Positions 22,966-35,134 of a stretch of 64,000 bases of DNA are shown piece by piece. Source of the stretch: Botryllus schlosseri (taxonomy: Eukaryota); NCBI GenBank assembly GCA_051294905.1, contig CM119375.1, forward strand, positions 2,852,001 to 2,916,000, read 5' to 3'. The position numbers and the translations under genes were made by a program. Under the pieces are notes generated by a model. It did no database searches and had not been told where the DNA came from. It saw only the letters and a list, made by a program, of their open reading frames with translations. The stretch's first letter is position 1. Each line of letters opens with the position of its first letter.

Positions 22966-23264
22966 TTCCCCCTCCATAGGGTGATGGACCAAACGTCTGG
23001 GGGACGCAGCCCCCCAGATCCCCCATTGCGGAATGACCGTTTTCACTACTACTTGTGTTCGAGATTTCATATTGGTAATCAGTGAGTTTAGACGCCCTCA
23101 ATAATATTTGTCATTGCATATATATTTTGCAAGAGATATTTCATCCTCTCTGACCCCACGTAATCAAATTTACCGTTAGAACTGAGTGAGGTGTTGTCTT
23201 CGAAAATTTAGGGCACGTTATTAATAATTATTAATAATTAATTATACATATTCGGGCGGGCCCG

Positions 23265-23290
23265 TTGGTTGGTTGGTTGGTTGGTTGGTT
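23265..23290. repeat. (TTGG)6.5 microsatellite, possibly the tail of a minus-strand retroelement
   Basis: Read directly from the sequence; the tail interpretation is inference. Confidence 0.9.
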
Positions 23291-24476
23291 TGAGGTATCC
23301 ATGGTGTTTGTCGACTACTATGGTCTTTAGGGCTCGTTGGTGTAATTACTTACTGCCAGCTCAAGAGACCCCAACTGGTTGGTCGTTCGGCATTCCCCAA
23401 TCTGTTCATTATATCACATTGTGTGTCTTGTATATCGCATAGTCCATTGTGTATGTGTCGTGGGCAAATGAAAATATAATCTGTCGATCTATTGATTGTT
23501 CGACATATTGCTATTTTTCACTTTCTGTCTGCTGTATAGTTAATAAAACATTGAAATCGCCCTAACGTACTAAACTAAAAGGTCCACACAATTTGAAATT
23601 GGTATTTTTTTTACTGGCAAGGAACTTTTCTCTATAGAGGATGGTATTTGTCCTGTGGTGTGCAGATTGCCAGGACTTAATAATTCGGCGCCAGCTATTC
23701 AGGCACCTATGGAAAATTATAAATATATATTTATATCGAAGTTTTTGGTCAACATTAGGTCAGTCCTTTTTAGTCAAGATTTAACCACTGCCGATTTTTT
23801 TTGACGCACTTCTCAGAGTCCTATATAGGCCTAAGCTTCACATCTTGGCCCACCGTGGCGCAATAATGGCCGATGCCGGAATGCCTATTTATATAAATCA
23901 TGCATAGTTTTTCTTGGGGGAAGAGTACCCAAAAATCAATACACTTAGCAGCATTAAATCGGCATATATTGGCATGATTTTTTTTAAATACTCTATAATT
24001 AAAGTTCATTAACGACTTAGTTTTGAGCCCTCTTCGAGCTCGGGCTTCCCCCAATTGGGGGTTTGGGGCGTGGCAGTTACGGCCCTGCACAACAGACAGC
24101 CCAATTATTAGTCACACGGCATCGTGGCTCAAGCCCTAAACGCTGCAGTTGGCAAGCCTAAACTTTTTTCTCGCTTGACACATAAACCTTGAAATTGTCG
24201 CAGTATGAATGCTGTGTACTATGTGAATTTGCTCACGTACCCCATTTTGATCATCCCTCACCAAGACGATGTAAAGAACAGGCATGTACATAGTGAATGA
24301 AAAGCCACAGAATTACATTCACCTCAATTACAAATTACAATTACTCCAACTCTGCTGGAAATCACCAGACGGTATTCGTGCCCCGAGTGAATATGAGCAT
24401 AACAAAGATGAAACGCTTCCCTAGCTACACAGCTCCCCATTGACATGTATCTATTGTCTGCACCAACTCGGTAAGT

Positions 24477-24745
24477 ATCAATTTTCTAATATTTGCTATT
24501 TCAAAATAGCAAAAGGCTGCGATACAATGAAAAAATAGAAACGACTTGGAGTAGTCTATGAAATCAGACACTCACCTGGACCTAGGTGATGTGAAAAGGA
24601 GGCATGCACATTGCATAATTGCACTCAGGAATGTAATACGGGTTAACATAAACCGACTATGATGAAAATGAATGACGCATGTGTCGATAAGCGAGGTTGA
24701 TATGTCAGACCGTGGTTCGGTAATCCTGAGGGCCGACTAGTATTC
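24477..24745 (-). mobile_element. LINE 3'UTR-only copy B
   Basis: Reverse complement shares ctaggtccaggtgagtgtctgatttcatagactactccaagtcgtttc and tcattgtatcgcag with copy A. Confidence 0.8.
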
Positions 24746-25834
24746 AACTTATCTGTATATCACAACAGCAAGGTACTTGGCGCGACAAAAGCAACGTGTA
24801 TGGTAAAGTAGGGCTCTTTAACCGGGTGCATTCGTTTTCAGAGGGTGCCACGAGGTCAAAATGGTTGGGATCCACTGCTACAGACCGTTAAAGCGAAATC
24901 TAATATTCCTTGGCGAGTCCTCGTCCAGTAAATCTGATCACGTGGACTGGGAAAGGATGTAAAATTGTAATATATGCAAATTGCAGTTACCAATATTACA
25001 GACAAAATTCGATCCCGAATATGAAATTTTTTCGCGTGTCGTGGGACTATGCGCGCACATATTCCCTGTAAAACTAAAACGCGCTCTTCTGGTAGTGGTA
25101 AAAAGACCCGTCGTGAATGGGGTCTGAGGGGTGATGTTTCCAGAAGTATTGTTTTTCATTTATGGGCAGCCCAATACCAACGTTTGGGGGGGGGGCTGAA
25201 ATGTACTGTTTCGGCCCTGCATGTTGTAGCTAGGTTGCATTTAAAACTAGGGACGTTTTAAAACACGTTGTCGCAGATCAACATCAACAAAAATATGTTT
25301 GAGACAAGGGCCACGTTTTAAATCTGTTTATCGTAAATTTATTTTTCTCTTGTATGCAACCCTAACGTATCAATCGATCAATCAATGGTCAGATTGTCTT
25401 TTCATCTGCCCAAGAGACACACACAATGTACAATGCGACATACAAGACATACGATGCGATGTAATGAACAGATAGGAAGATGCCGAACGACCAACCAGTC
25501 TTGCACTGGCATCCATATCGCATTGATCATCATTATTTCCAATATTCAGATCACCTATTTTATCGTGATATCGTTACATGAACGCGTGCAGATATTGAAC
25601 CTCGGCCGTATACGCATTGGCACTCTTATTTGGGTTGTTCGTTTCTTGCGTATTGTTCCTTAAACGACTTTTAACACAACTAAACTATAATACGCGCGTT
25701 TATAAAAGCGATGATGCAATTCTATCCAGACGATCCTTTCTACTTTACAAAATCTAACTACATAGAGTAATTAAAATTAGTTGTACGGCTTCCAAAAACT
25801 GTTGAAAGAGAAGTGGAATTTCATTATTCAATCA

Positions 25835-25943
25835 ATAAACTACAGAAGAGCTTCTTGGAGATACAGAACTTAAACATATACAATTGACTAGTATATTCAT
25901 ATTGAAATGAACCCGCCGAAAATATTCGGGTTCATTTCAATAT
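25835..25943. repeat. Collapsed palindromic derivative of the 32319-32700 element
   Basis: Perfect 17-bp inverted repeat ATATTGAAATGAACCCG (25899-25915) / CGGGTTCATTTCAATAT (25927-25943), plus the reverse complement of the element's one-sided extension. Confidence 0.8.
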
Positions 25944-26004
25944 CAACTTCTGAAATAAACCATTTTCGTGATCAATCAAAAGTTAGAATTGAAGAACTGA
26001 TACC

Positions 26005-26519
26005 TAGGGCTGGGCAAAATCGAGTACCTGAGTGATTCGATTCTGAATCACGTAAAATGCTTCGAGTCGAGTCGAGTATTCGAGTATCACTCATTATGAC
26101 GTATTAACAGAATGTAATATGTCAAAGTTTAAATATGTACCTTTCATGCCACCACAAATAATATAATGCCTGTTATCGATCACATCAAAGATAGTTCGGT
26201 ATTTCTCGACCATACGGGTTTCATTGCACTTTGTGACAATGTTGTGAGATGATCATGACTTCGGAAATATATATTTTCAGTAACGTTTGGAGCGTTGTAC
26301 TGTATGTCTCGCATGCTGCGATACGACCAGTCAATGTTGTAAGGCTTTCACGGGGAAAAGTTGAATCGGAACTAGAATTAGCGTTGGTAAATTAACGTGC
26401 AGTGGCGAGGAGCGTATAATTTCAGTACTCGAAAAAATCGACTTTTACTACTCGACTCGAATCATTAAAATTAATACTCGATTCAGATTCGAGTACTCGA
26501 ATCATTGTGCCCAGCCCTA
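26005..26519. mobile_element. hAT-type MITE, TAGGGCTGGGCA family
   Basis: Perfect 12-bp TIR TAGGGCTGGGCA...TGCCCAGCCCTA; subterminal CGAGT/ACTCG and GAATC arrays; no TSD recognised; a right-end fragment recurs at about 29720-29790. Confidence 0.8.
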
Positions 26520-27088
26520 CTTGACATTAGTACAATGGACGAAATCTCTGTGTTGACGCCCACAGTGAACCTCCTTTGGTGGCTCATTGTGACTATATAG
26601 TGAGAAAGTTCTCTCAGGTGTGCATCAAGTTTATATTGACCGATTACTAGCTTCGCGAATAAAGTTATCGGTTATTTCCAGGCTTGAGATGTAGGCCTAC
26701 GTACCGTAGGCCCATATACGGATGATTTCTCACGACGAGTAATGGAGACCGAAGTGACGTAATTCATTCACAATATAGCTACACCTTTTGCGATCGTCTA
26801 AACTTGAGAGTGATAAAAGTTTTATCTGGATGCTTTCACGAATGTACTCATACTCATGGTCGATAAACGTTGACTCGAGCGTCTTCAATCCAGTGAAATT
26901 GGAGGAAGTGACTGAAACGGAGAGGCGATCGTAGATGGATGTATAAATTCCGATCGCGTTTCATACGAACGTTTTGCAACAAGCTGCATAAATAGTATTT
27001 GGTGGTGGAAGGCTGACATATTTTGGGTATACCAGTACCGACATACGTAGCTGGAAGGCCAGGATATAGAATTGTCACCTATTTCACC

Positions 27089-29314
27089 ATGCGTTTTACT
27101 GCGAAAGTACTGTCGCTGTTGGCTATCTGCAACTGCTGTATCGGCGAATGGATTTACCGTGATATACAGGTCGTCGAAGGGCCACTCAATCAACTCGAGA
27201 AACCCTTGATCCCGCCGAAATCCAATAATGCGTCTACAGTTAGATACCACATTTCCGGCGACTTCACGAACGAATTTAGGTACGACGAACTGACGGGATT
27301 AATCTATCAAATCGCAGAGTTGGACAGAGAAATCAAATCTGTGTATGCTATAACTGTCACCGCTGAAGATGTTAACGGGAACCCAACAGAGGATCCAACA
27401 TCATTCAAGGTTCACGTAGAGGACATAAACGATAACATTCCTGAGTTTGACAAAGATTCTTTAACCGGGAGTATAGCGGAGAATCATAATAAAGTGGATG
27501 GGTTCATGAAAGTCGTGGCTACTGATGCAGATATCGGTTTTAACGGAGAGATAGTTTACTCCATAGAACTAAACAGCGATGTACCAGAATCTGCTACCGG
27601 GGCCAGATTTGTCATCGACAAAAATACCGGGGACGTGAGGCTATCTGGAGAGCTTGATTACGAAACAATTCCTGTTGTGAAATTTACTGTTATTGCCACT
27701 GATGGCGGGGGTCGAGATGACAGATTGGACAACAAAAATCGAACGGCAGAAGTTACTGTTCACGTTATCGATTCTAATAACCACGCGCCGGAATTCGAAC
27801 TTACAAATAAGTCTCTATCTGAGCTCTCGAAAATAGATCAACCGCTTTACAATATCTACGCCACTGACAAAGATGAAGGTGTTAACAAGAAAGTCTATTT
27901 TGAAATAGTCGGCGGAAACACAGGCGGGACTTTTCGTATCGTTTCCAGGCCTTCTAACGTCAGTAGAAGTCTGGGACAACTTATGCTCATCAAGCAGTTA
28001 GACTTCGAGAGCGGCGTTACCGTTTATAATTTGTCAGTGAGAGCCTTGAATACAGAAGCAGAAGAATCAACCGTTTCAAAATTCGCGACAACCAAGATCT
28101 TGAAAGTCACTGTAATCGATGAAAACGAATCGCCAACGTTCACGAATACTCCATACTCCGTAAAGATCACAGAAGAACAAGCACCAAAACGTCATGAACC
28201 CATTATTACAATCCACGCTCAGGACATAGACTTTGGCGGTAATCAGACTGTAACGTACTTAATAGACGATCCTGCTGGATGGTTTCACATAAATTCGACC
28301 ACTGGAGAAATCAGTGTGCGCAGTGTAGTCGATAGAGAAGCTACATGGGTTAGTGACGGTTTGTATACCCTCAAAGTCATTGCAACCGACGACTATAATA
28401 ATGGACCGCGCGCTAGTGCCAGTGAGACTGTTAGCATAATCATAGATGGTATCAATGATAATCCACCGGAGTGGAATTCGGATGGCAATGAGGCTTATAT
28501 CTGCGAAAAACCACACAACACTACGGTAAAGGTTATAAAATCTTACGATGCAGATTCAGTTAAAAACGGAAAGAAATTTCATTTCCGATTCAACGAGTCG
28601 GTCGATACGTTAAACTGGGGGTTTGAAGAAGTCAATGATGATACACAGATAGTTGTTGCTAAATTTTTGGACTACGGTTTGACATCAAAAACTGTAAAAG
28701 TCAATCTTCCATTTACAATAACAGACTCGGGCACTCCAGCACAGACATCCACGGCCGCGCTAATTGTGAATATATGCAAGTGTCGAGATGATACTAGCGT
28801 AGCCTGTGTGGACGCTCCGCCAAACATAGGATCAAATCCGTTGATAGTTGTAGTCGTAGTGATCTTGGTGATCGTTTTGACAGTCCTAATCGTGATATTT
28901 GGCGTGTGGCATCGACCATTCGCGGGACATAGCAAGAACTATGAAGCAGACGACATCAGCGTCACGCAGACGCTTCAGATGCATCAAGAAGAGTGCGGAG
29001 AATCGGATAATACTGCGTTTGACATGTCGATTCTTGTAACAGCATTGGCTGGTAACTCCAAAGAAGCTACTCATAAAGATGATGAAACAACAAAGAATGC
29101 TGACAACGGATTGCGGATCAGAATGGATAGCGATTCAAATTTTGGACCGCATGATTCGCTATTTGTTTTCTCGTTCGAGGGAACTGATTCTGCAGCGGGT
29201 TCATTGTCGTCTATTGACACCGCAACGACAGACGGGTCGGACGACTATGATTATCTCAGAGAATGGGGTCCGAAGTTTAATCGCCTAGCTGAGATATACC
29301 AGGACCGTTTATAG
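27089..29314 (+). CDS. Classical cadherin (type II-like), 741 aa, intronless CDS
   Basis: caccATG start; signal peptide MRFTAKVLSLLAICNCCIG; 5 EC repeats with DRE/DYE, DINDN, DSNNH, DENES and GINDN Ca-binding motifs; Cys-containing EC5; TM PLIVVVVILVIVLTVLIVIFGVW; beta-catenin-binding tail PHDSLFVFSFEGTDSAAGSLSSI..DYDYLREWGPKFNRLAEIY. Confidence 0.95.
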   Translation: MRFTAKVLSLLAICNCCIGEWIYRDIQVVEGPLNQLEKPLIPPKSNNASTVRYHISGDFTNEFRYDELTGLIYQIAELDREIKSVYAITVTAEDVNGNPTEDPTSFKVHVEDINDNIPEFDKDSLTGSIAENHNKVDGFMKVVATDADIGFNGEIVYSIELNSDVPESATGARFVIDKNTGDVRLSGELDYETIPVVKFTVIATDGGGRDDRLDNKNRTAEVTVHVIDSNNHAPEFELTNKSLSELSKIDQPLYNIYATDKDEGVNKKVYFEIVGGNTGGTFRIVSRPSNVSRSLGQLMLIKQLDFESGVTVYNLSVRALNTEAEESTVSKFATTKILKVTVIDENESPTFTNTPYSVKITEEQAPKRHEPIITIHAQDIDFGGNQTVTYLIDDPAGWFHINSTTGEISVRSVVDREATWVSDGLYTLKVIATDDYNNGPRASASETVSIIIDGINDNPPEWNSDGNEAYICEKPHNTTVKVIKSYDADSVKNGKKFHFRFNESVDTLNWGFEEVNDDTQIVVAKFLDYGLTSKTVKVNLPFTITDSGTPAQTSTAALIVNICKCRDDTSVACVDAPPNIGSNPLIVVVVVILVIVLTVLIVIFGVWHRPFAGHSKNYEADDISVTQTLQMHQEECGESDNTAFDMSILVTALAGNSKEATHKDDETTKNADNGLRIRMDSDSNFGPHDSLFVFSFEGTDSAAGSLSSIDTATTDGSDDYDYLREWGPKFNRLAEIYQDRL

Positions 29315-30437
29315 TGAATGTGTTCATGTGCGTGCACTGTATAGTGTGTCTGGACAAAATCGAGGACCTATGCGTGAGGCGATTCTGAACCAAGCATCAC
29401 TCGCCATAACAGTTGAAATATATGGAAAGTTGACATCTGCGACCTTGATGTAGCCACAAAGAAGAGAATGCTAGTTATACATTACGTTAAAGATAATTTG
29501 GTATTAATTCATGCCTATTTCATTGCCAATGCTTTGGTTGATCACGATTTCGCAGACATGTCAATTGTCATTCACACTAACGTGCGCAGTTTTATACATG
29601 CTTCGTATATGCTGCTTCGAGGCTTCCACAACCACAGTGGAAAATATGATCGAAACTATGGTTTCACTTCTCTTATTGGCATGAAGCGTATAGTTTCAGT
29701 ACCTGAAAAGACCATCTGTATCACTCGACTCGAATCATTAGAATAAATACTCTGTTCCTATTCGAGCACATGAATCATTGTGCCCGCCGTAGCAGCTTGT
29801 CTCCAATCTTCACTTATAGCTCTACGTGTCTTTCACTATTTCTAAGAATGCCTACACATGAGCAGTGTTACTGAGCACAATATTACAGATTTGATGCTTA
29901 CATTAGTTTTTCGCCTACAAGTTCATTTCGAAAATCGGAGCCATAAAACCAATTTTATCGAATACAATTCCTGTTATTTATTGCTCACGGGAAGTGAGAC
30001 GTCCCACCGCATGCTTTCGTGATGACGTAGAATGAAAATACAACTTCAAGACATCCTCGCCAATGACCCACTTATGACAAAAATGATGATCAATTTTATT
30101 CGTCACATGCAGTCTATTGGGCTGTCAAGATCTATGGAGTATAATGGAATTGAATCAAATGTCAGCTATGTAATGTAATCGAGTGATATTCACTAAACAC
30201 AGTTGTATTTGAAGAGTATGATACTGTCTTGCTGTATGCACCTTTCGATTTATATTTTCTGGTATGATCATGACAGAGTCGAGAGCGATGACTCTACACA
30301 TCTTTAACACGCTGAATATATAGATTTCTGTCGCGTGTCTCATTTTTGTTCGGTCGAACTTTGTTTTCAAGGCATATATGTCCGAACACACGATACGCGG
30401 CACACCGTACGCACGAATCTTGTTCAGAACAGATCAC

Positions 30438-31335
30438 ATGGATGTCCGGTCAATACCGAGAAAACCATTACCGAGAATGCCACTACCGAGAATAGACACC
30501 ACAGAGAATGGACATCAGGGTTGTAACCAAGTCACAATGCTCCGGGTCACAAGTCAATCTCATTTTTTTAGTTTTAACACGAGTTATTTTCAATTCACCA
30601 CCAAGTCAAGTCCGAGTCCAAGTCAGCGAGCAGAGGGTCGAGTACGAGTCATCGCATTATGACTCGAGTCCGAGTCCAAGAAATTGTGTTGACTGCTAAG
30701 TTTCCAGTTAATGTCTTGTTAAACCCACTTTTTATAACTCTGTTTGGTGATATCGAATGGTTCGCATTTATAATATACTAATTTTCATCACTTTTACCAG
30801 TTTCTGGTCGCATTTTCAAGTACCAGTACCAATAGACGAAATCCAAACGGTGCGGTTACTTTACTATTCTTCGAAATTACGAAGAAATGCCGGCCTTTGC
30901 CGTCTGAGTCTCGAGTCATATGAATTGGTCCGAGTCATGCGGAATGACTCGAGTCTAAGTCGAGTCAATACGCAAATTGATTCATGTCGAGCCATTTCCG
31001 TATTTTGAGAAAATGACGCGAGTTAAGTCGAGTCATCAGACAATCGTGACTCGAGTCGAGTCATGACTCGAGTCATTACAACCCCGATGGACATTACCGA
31101 GAACGGACACCAGCGAAAATGGATATTACAGAGAATGCAATGTATGCAATGTAGGCATGTTATGTATATGAACAGGTCGTGTGTATGTGCATCACGGCGT
31201 TGCCACATTCGGTGTCGATTCTCAGGTGTAAATTTCTCAACAACGTTCGTCTCAGTAAATTAGATTCTTGGCATTGGTCATTCTCGGAATTGTCCATTCT
31301 CGGTAATTACCACTTTCAGTAATGTTCATAATCAT
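30438..31335. mobile_element. Host MITE with inverted arrays of (CATTACCGAGAATG)-like units, interrupted by MITE copy 5
   Basis: About seven 15-17-bp units on the left (30451-31135) and inverted copies cattctcgg.. at 31278-31325; exact ends uncertain. Confidence 0.6.
30516..31086. mobile_element. hAT-type MITE, CAGGGTTG/GACTCGAGTC family, copy 5 (nested)
   Basis: TIR CAGGGTTG...CAACCCCG; perfect TSD ATGGACAT. Confidence 0.9.
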
Positions 31336-32318
31336 ACTTCATAATCATGACTGTGTTATTTAGCATATGCAGTTGACTATAACCAACACGCAGAGTTGGT
31401 CAAAGTAGTCATCGTTAGTACACAAGAAGACTAGTTATTGACGATTACCCCTGATGAGTGACATCTGAAAATATTCCGATTTGTGACACCCTCTGACAAT
31501 AACGATACCTTGGATTCTGTTATCCCGCTTCGAATAAAATCAAGCTAGGTCTAACTAGGAATTTGCTCCATATACAAAGTTCAAACTCACGAGAATACAC
31601 GCTTTCGTCAATTTTTTTAATAAAATCTTCAAACAATATATTAAAGAAATGAAGGAAATGTTGCAGCAGAAAATAAAGTGTTGCGGAACTGTTTGTAATC
31701 TTTATCCCCTGTAAAACTGCGGGGCGTCGCAAGGTTTTGTTGGATCGTCCTTCCGAACTAGCTTGGTGCTGCATCGCGACCCGCGAACAACTTTACACGA
31801 CGGATCAGATGTAGATATCGATATGAATCTGAAAATGAGATAATAAAGAATGTTTTGCCAATAAGATTACGACAAGCTTCGTGGGATTGCAAATATAATG
31901 CACTTAGCGCTAATTACAGTTGTATAATTGCATGTATTTATTAATAGGATTCTGAAAGTACATAACATTAATATCGCACCAACAATATATTCATAGGGCC
32001 CATTTTATTCCACTGTAAGCTTTTCGACTAACGCGCATCAGGAGCGATTGTCAGTATAAATGGTGTTAACCAAATTTGATCAGTAAATCCGACTTGTAGT
32101 CCCAGCCTGTATGACATGAGCTCAAATCCGATTTATACAGATAAGGTCATCAGAGAGTGTTTTGCGATATTTCAAGCGCAGTCTAATTATTGGATTTTGA
32201 ATATCAGGCTACTTTGAATATATCGCGTTCCTTGCTAGTAATACTCGGTAGGCTAAGCAAGTATGGTATTATTATCCTTTGTTGTGGAATTTGTACTGCG
32301 ATACACTGACATAAACAT

Positions 32319-32700
32319 TTGAATAATATATTCATATTGAAATGAACCCGAATATTTTCGGCTGACACTATTCCCACGTAATCGTCAGCAACTGATGGAG
32401 AATTGGAAAGAACAACTACTGTTGTTGACAAAGCCTGGGTCGACTGCAAGGCGCACAGATGAAAGCCTGTACCATTCTAAAATAGTACATTGAACGCTCT
32501 CTTATTCGATATCTCATTTCATGCTGGTAACGTCATATTTCGGGATACGATTGTTGATATACAACGTTCTTTCCAATTCTCCATCAGTTGCTGACGATTA
32601 CCCCTGAATAGTGTCAGCCGAAAATATTCGGGTTCATTTCAATATGAATATACTATTCAATTCAATTGTATATTGAAGTTCTGTACCTCCAAGAAGCCCA
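32319..32700. mobile_element. Foldback/MITE-like element with near-perfect inverted arms of about 95 bp and a one-sided extension of about 40-50 bp
   Basis: The arm at 32319-32415 (ttgaata..atattgaaatgaacccgaatattttcggctgacactattc..aatcgtcagcaactgatggagaattggaaagaac) is the reverse complement of the arm at about 32565-32660. Confidence 0.85.
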
Positions 32701-33750
32701 CTAACGTAAACATCATGAGCACGAGTGTATGTTTTATAGTAGGGTATCTTTATGTATAGAATACATACATATTGCACAGTTCAGCGAAGATGGGTCGTAT
32801 TTATTATCATCCTTGAAGCAAAATAATTTCCCTTCGCGTCATTTCATGTTTGCTAATACTTTATATAGCCTGGAATGTTCCATATTTCTCTGTTACTCGG
32901 TGTTCTATAGATATTTTTATCGTAACAACAAAGGTGGATTCCATATACGTTGAAGCTTTATTTTCAATTACAAAAAGGGGTTCACGGCAGTGTTTACAAA
33001 ACGTCGACACAAGCCAAAGTCGGAGAGAGTCATACCGCAAAAGTCCTTAGGCAGATTTCCTAGTCATTATAATAATATTATGATGTTGCTAATCAATGCC
33101 TATCGGTAGTACTGTGAGGTCTTGTTTTGCGTGCAATAAAGTCGACCTTGATTTACGAGTCGACCGCAAATCTGTAAATTGCGGCAAGTTGGAAGCACGG
33201 AGGCGTTGCCAATCATTTCCTAATCTGTAATTCCCCGAGTGTTACGCGTGAAAAGCATGCGCTGGAATTCCGTTACGATGGATATTCGCACGCGACCTTC
33301 ATATTATTACTTTTAGTGCACCGGCTTTTATTTTTTAGATATTGCTTCTTCTCAGTATATAGGCTAATACATTAAGAAGAGGTAGAAATGTCTGCTGATG
33401 TTGATGAGCACTGTAGATTTGTAGAAAGTGAAGCTATGATAAGCTGCTATTTAATACTGTGTTAATGTGGAGTTGTCTGGCACAAATGTTTTGCTACTCC
33501 GTATTTTTCAAATATGAATTTCGCAAGGGTTTGAGATTTATCTGGGCTCAGCCTCTCCACTCGAGCCGTATAAATGGTGTCTCGTAAATGTAAGTCAGGA
33601 ATCAGTTCAGGAATCATAAAAAATGTAATCCAGGTCTAAATGGTCAATGGTCATTGATGTCGAAACACCATCAACATTATAACGATAACGGATAACCGCA
33701 TCAGCTAACTATTTTTTGCATTTACCTAGTTGCTTTCTCATTAAATGTAA

Positions 33751-34962
33751 TTAGTGTTGCACCGGAATAATATTATCTAAGGTCACATTAATATCTTTCA
33801 ATCGTTTAATAAGTCCCGCATCATCTGTTGGGTTGATAGCATTGAAACTTGCTCCCATTATAATTGATGTCAATTCATCGCTGATGGTGAATCAAGGTTA
33901 ATTGAATCATGTCACAGTTTATTTTTGTTTTTCAAAGACTCACGTTTAATCAACTCTCAATCATGAGGGAAGAGCTCGTTGCCTCGTAAACAACATTGCA
34001 TTATTTGCGCAATTGAGCCACCATCAGGTGCGTAAATTGATCTCATTAGATAAGGCTACTGAAATTTGGCGAGATCTCTCACGGGCGCGGTGCCAAAGAG
34101 ATATTGCACGTTTTCGATATCAAGACCGTTGCTTGGCTTTCGCGAGTGTTAGGCTTTCGAAATAGGTAAAAGTTGCAGAAACTTACCGGCTGCAACACTG
34201 CGATTGTAATTCGACGTAATAGAAGTACACGTTCTTCAGCACTGGATATTCGAACGTCCAGGTTTCCCAGTTGAACACGAATCCCGAGATCGGTTTGCAT
34301 ACGACCGTATCAGCTTCGTCTTTGGAGATTTTCACCTCCTCGTCTTGAGTGTGGTCGGGTAAATTGTAGAGTTTCTCGAATATCGCGCTTTTCACAGCTA
34401 CTCTAGTCTTTGGCTCCGAGGTGACTACTTCTTGACAGCCTCGCTGAGAATAAACGGACTTGTCACTTTCCAAAAAAATTAGTGTGTGGGTAAAGGGCAT
34501 GCTGGAAGTCGGGAGTACGAAACGAGATTACTGTATGTATATTGTATAGGCATGATGTAAAATGAGCAATTAATGGCAAAGAACCATTCTGAAAGAGATA
34601 GCCTACTCGTATATAGCGATTGACGAGTGTCGTCTTATTATTGTGTTACGTGCGTCGGATATGATGGCAGGGTTGTTCATGACTTTTCGATGGAATGAAT
34701 GAGTCTCATAACCCCCAATAATCGAAACGTAGACACCAAGACACACTCTTGGTCATTGTAGATCAAAGTGACTTACCACGTATCGTTTAACCTCGAAGCA
34801 TTTGCAACTGTAGCACGGGTCTTCACGTGGGATCCACGTTTGTTCAGCGCGATATTGAATCGGGTTCTTTCCTCTGCTCACGCATTCATTTTGTCTGTAG
34901 CAATCCGCCCGTATACAAGCCACAAGGCTACACACCACGATCGAAATAATCAGAACTTTCAT
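33751..34962 (-). CDS. Secreted Cys-rich protein, 190 aa, VWC/PSP94-like N-terminus; coding exons 34962-34777, 34443-34187, 33880-33751
   Basis: Canonical splice sites with consistent phases (GTG|GTAAGT phase 0; ttctcag|CGA; CG|GTAAGT phase 2; accatcag|C); total 573 nt = 190 aa + TAA. Signal peptide MKVLIISIVVCSLVACIRA; motif C..W....DPCYSCKC. Acceptor ttacag directly before the ATG, an upstream donor AAG|GTAAGA at 35068 and a TATAAATA further upstream. Confidence 0.8.
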
Positions 34963-35134
34963 CTGTAACCAAACACACAAAACTTCAACAATGAGCTTGA
35001 CCATAACTGATCTTGACAGACGTGAAGCTGTATATCGCAGCTTTGTAGACTCGCGCATTCACTCTTACCTTTGAAGTTGATACTCTCGGTAGAATAGAGT
35101 TATGGATGAATAGCGTATTGTCGAAATGCAGGCC

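Noticed and set aside
23265-23290. (TTGG)n as an interstitial telomere
   Set aside because: It is not the TTAGGG motif; a short microsatellite or retroelement tail is more likely.
27023-27088. 22-aa N-terminal extension of the cadherin in the ORF track
   Set aside because: It begins at a non-ATG codon; the ATG at 27089 has cacc context and starts a signal peptide.
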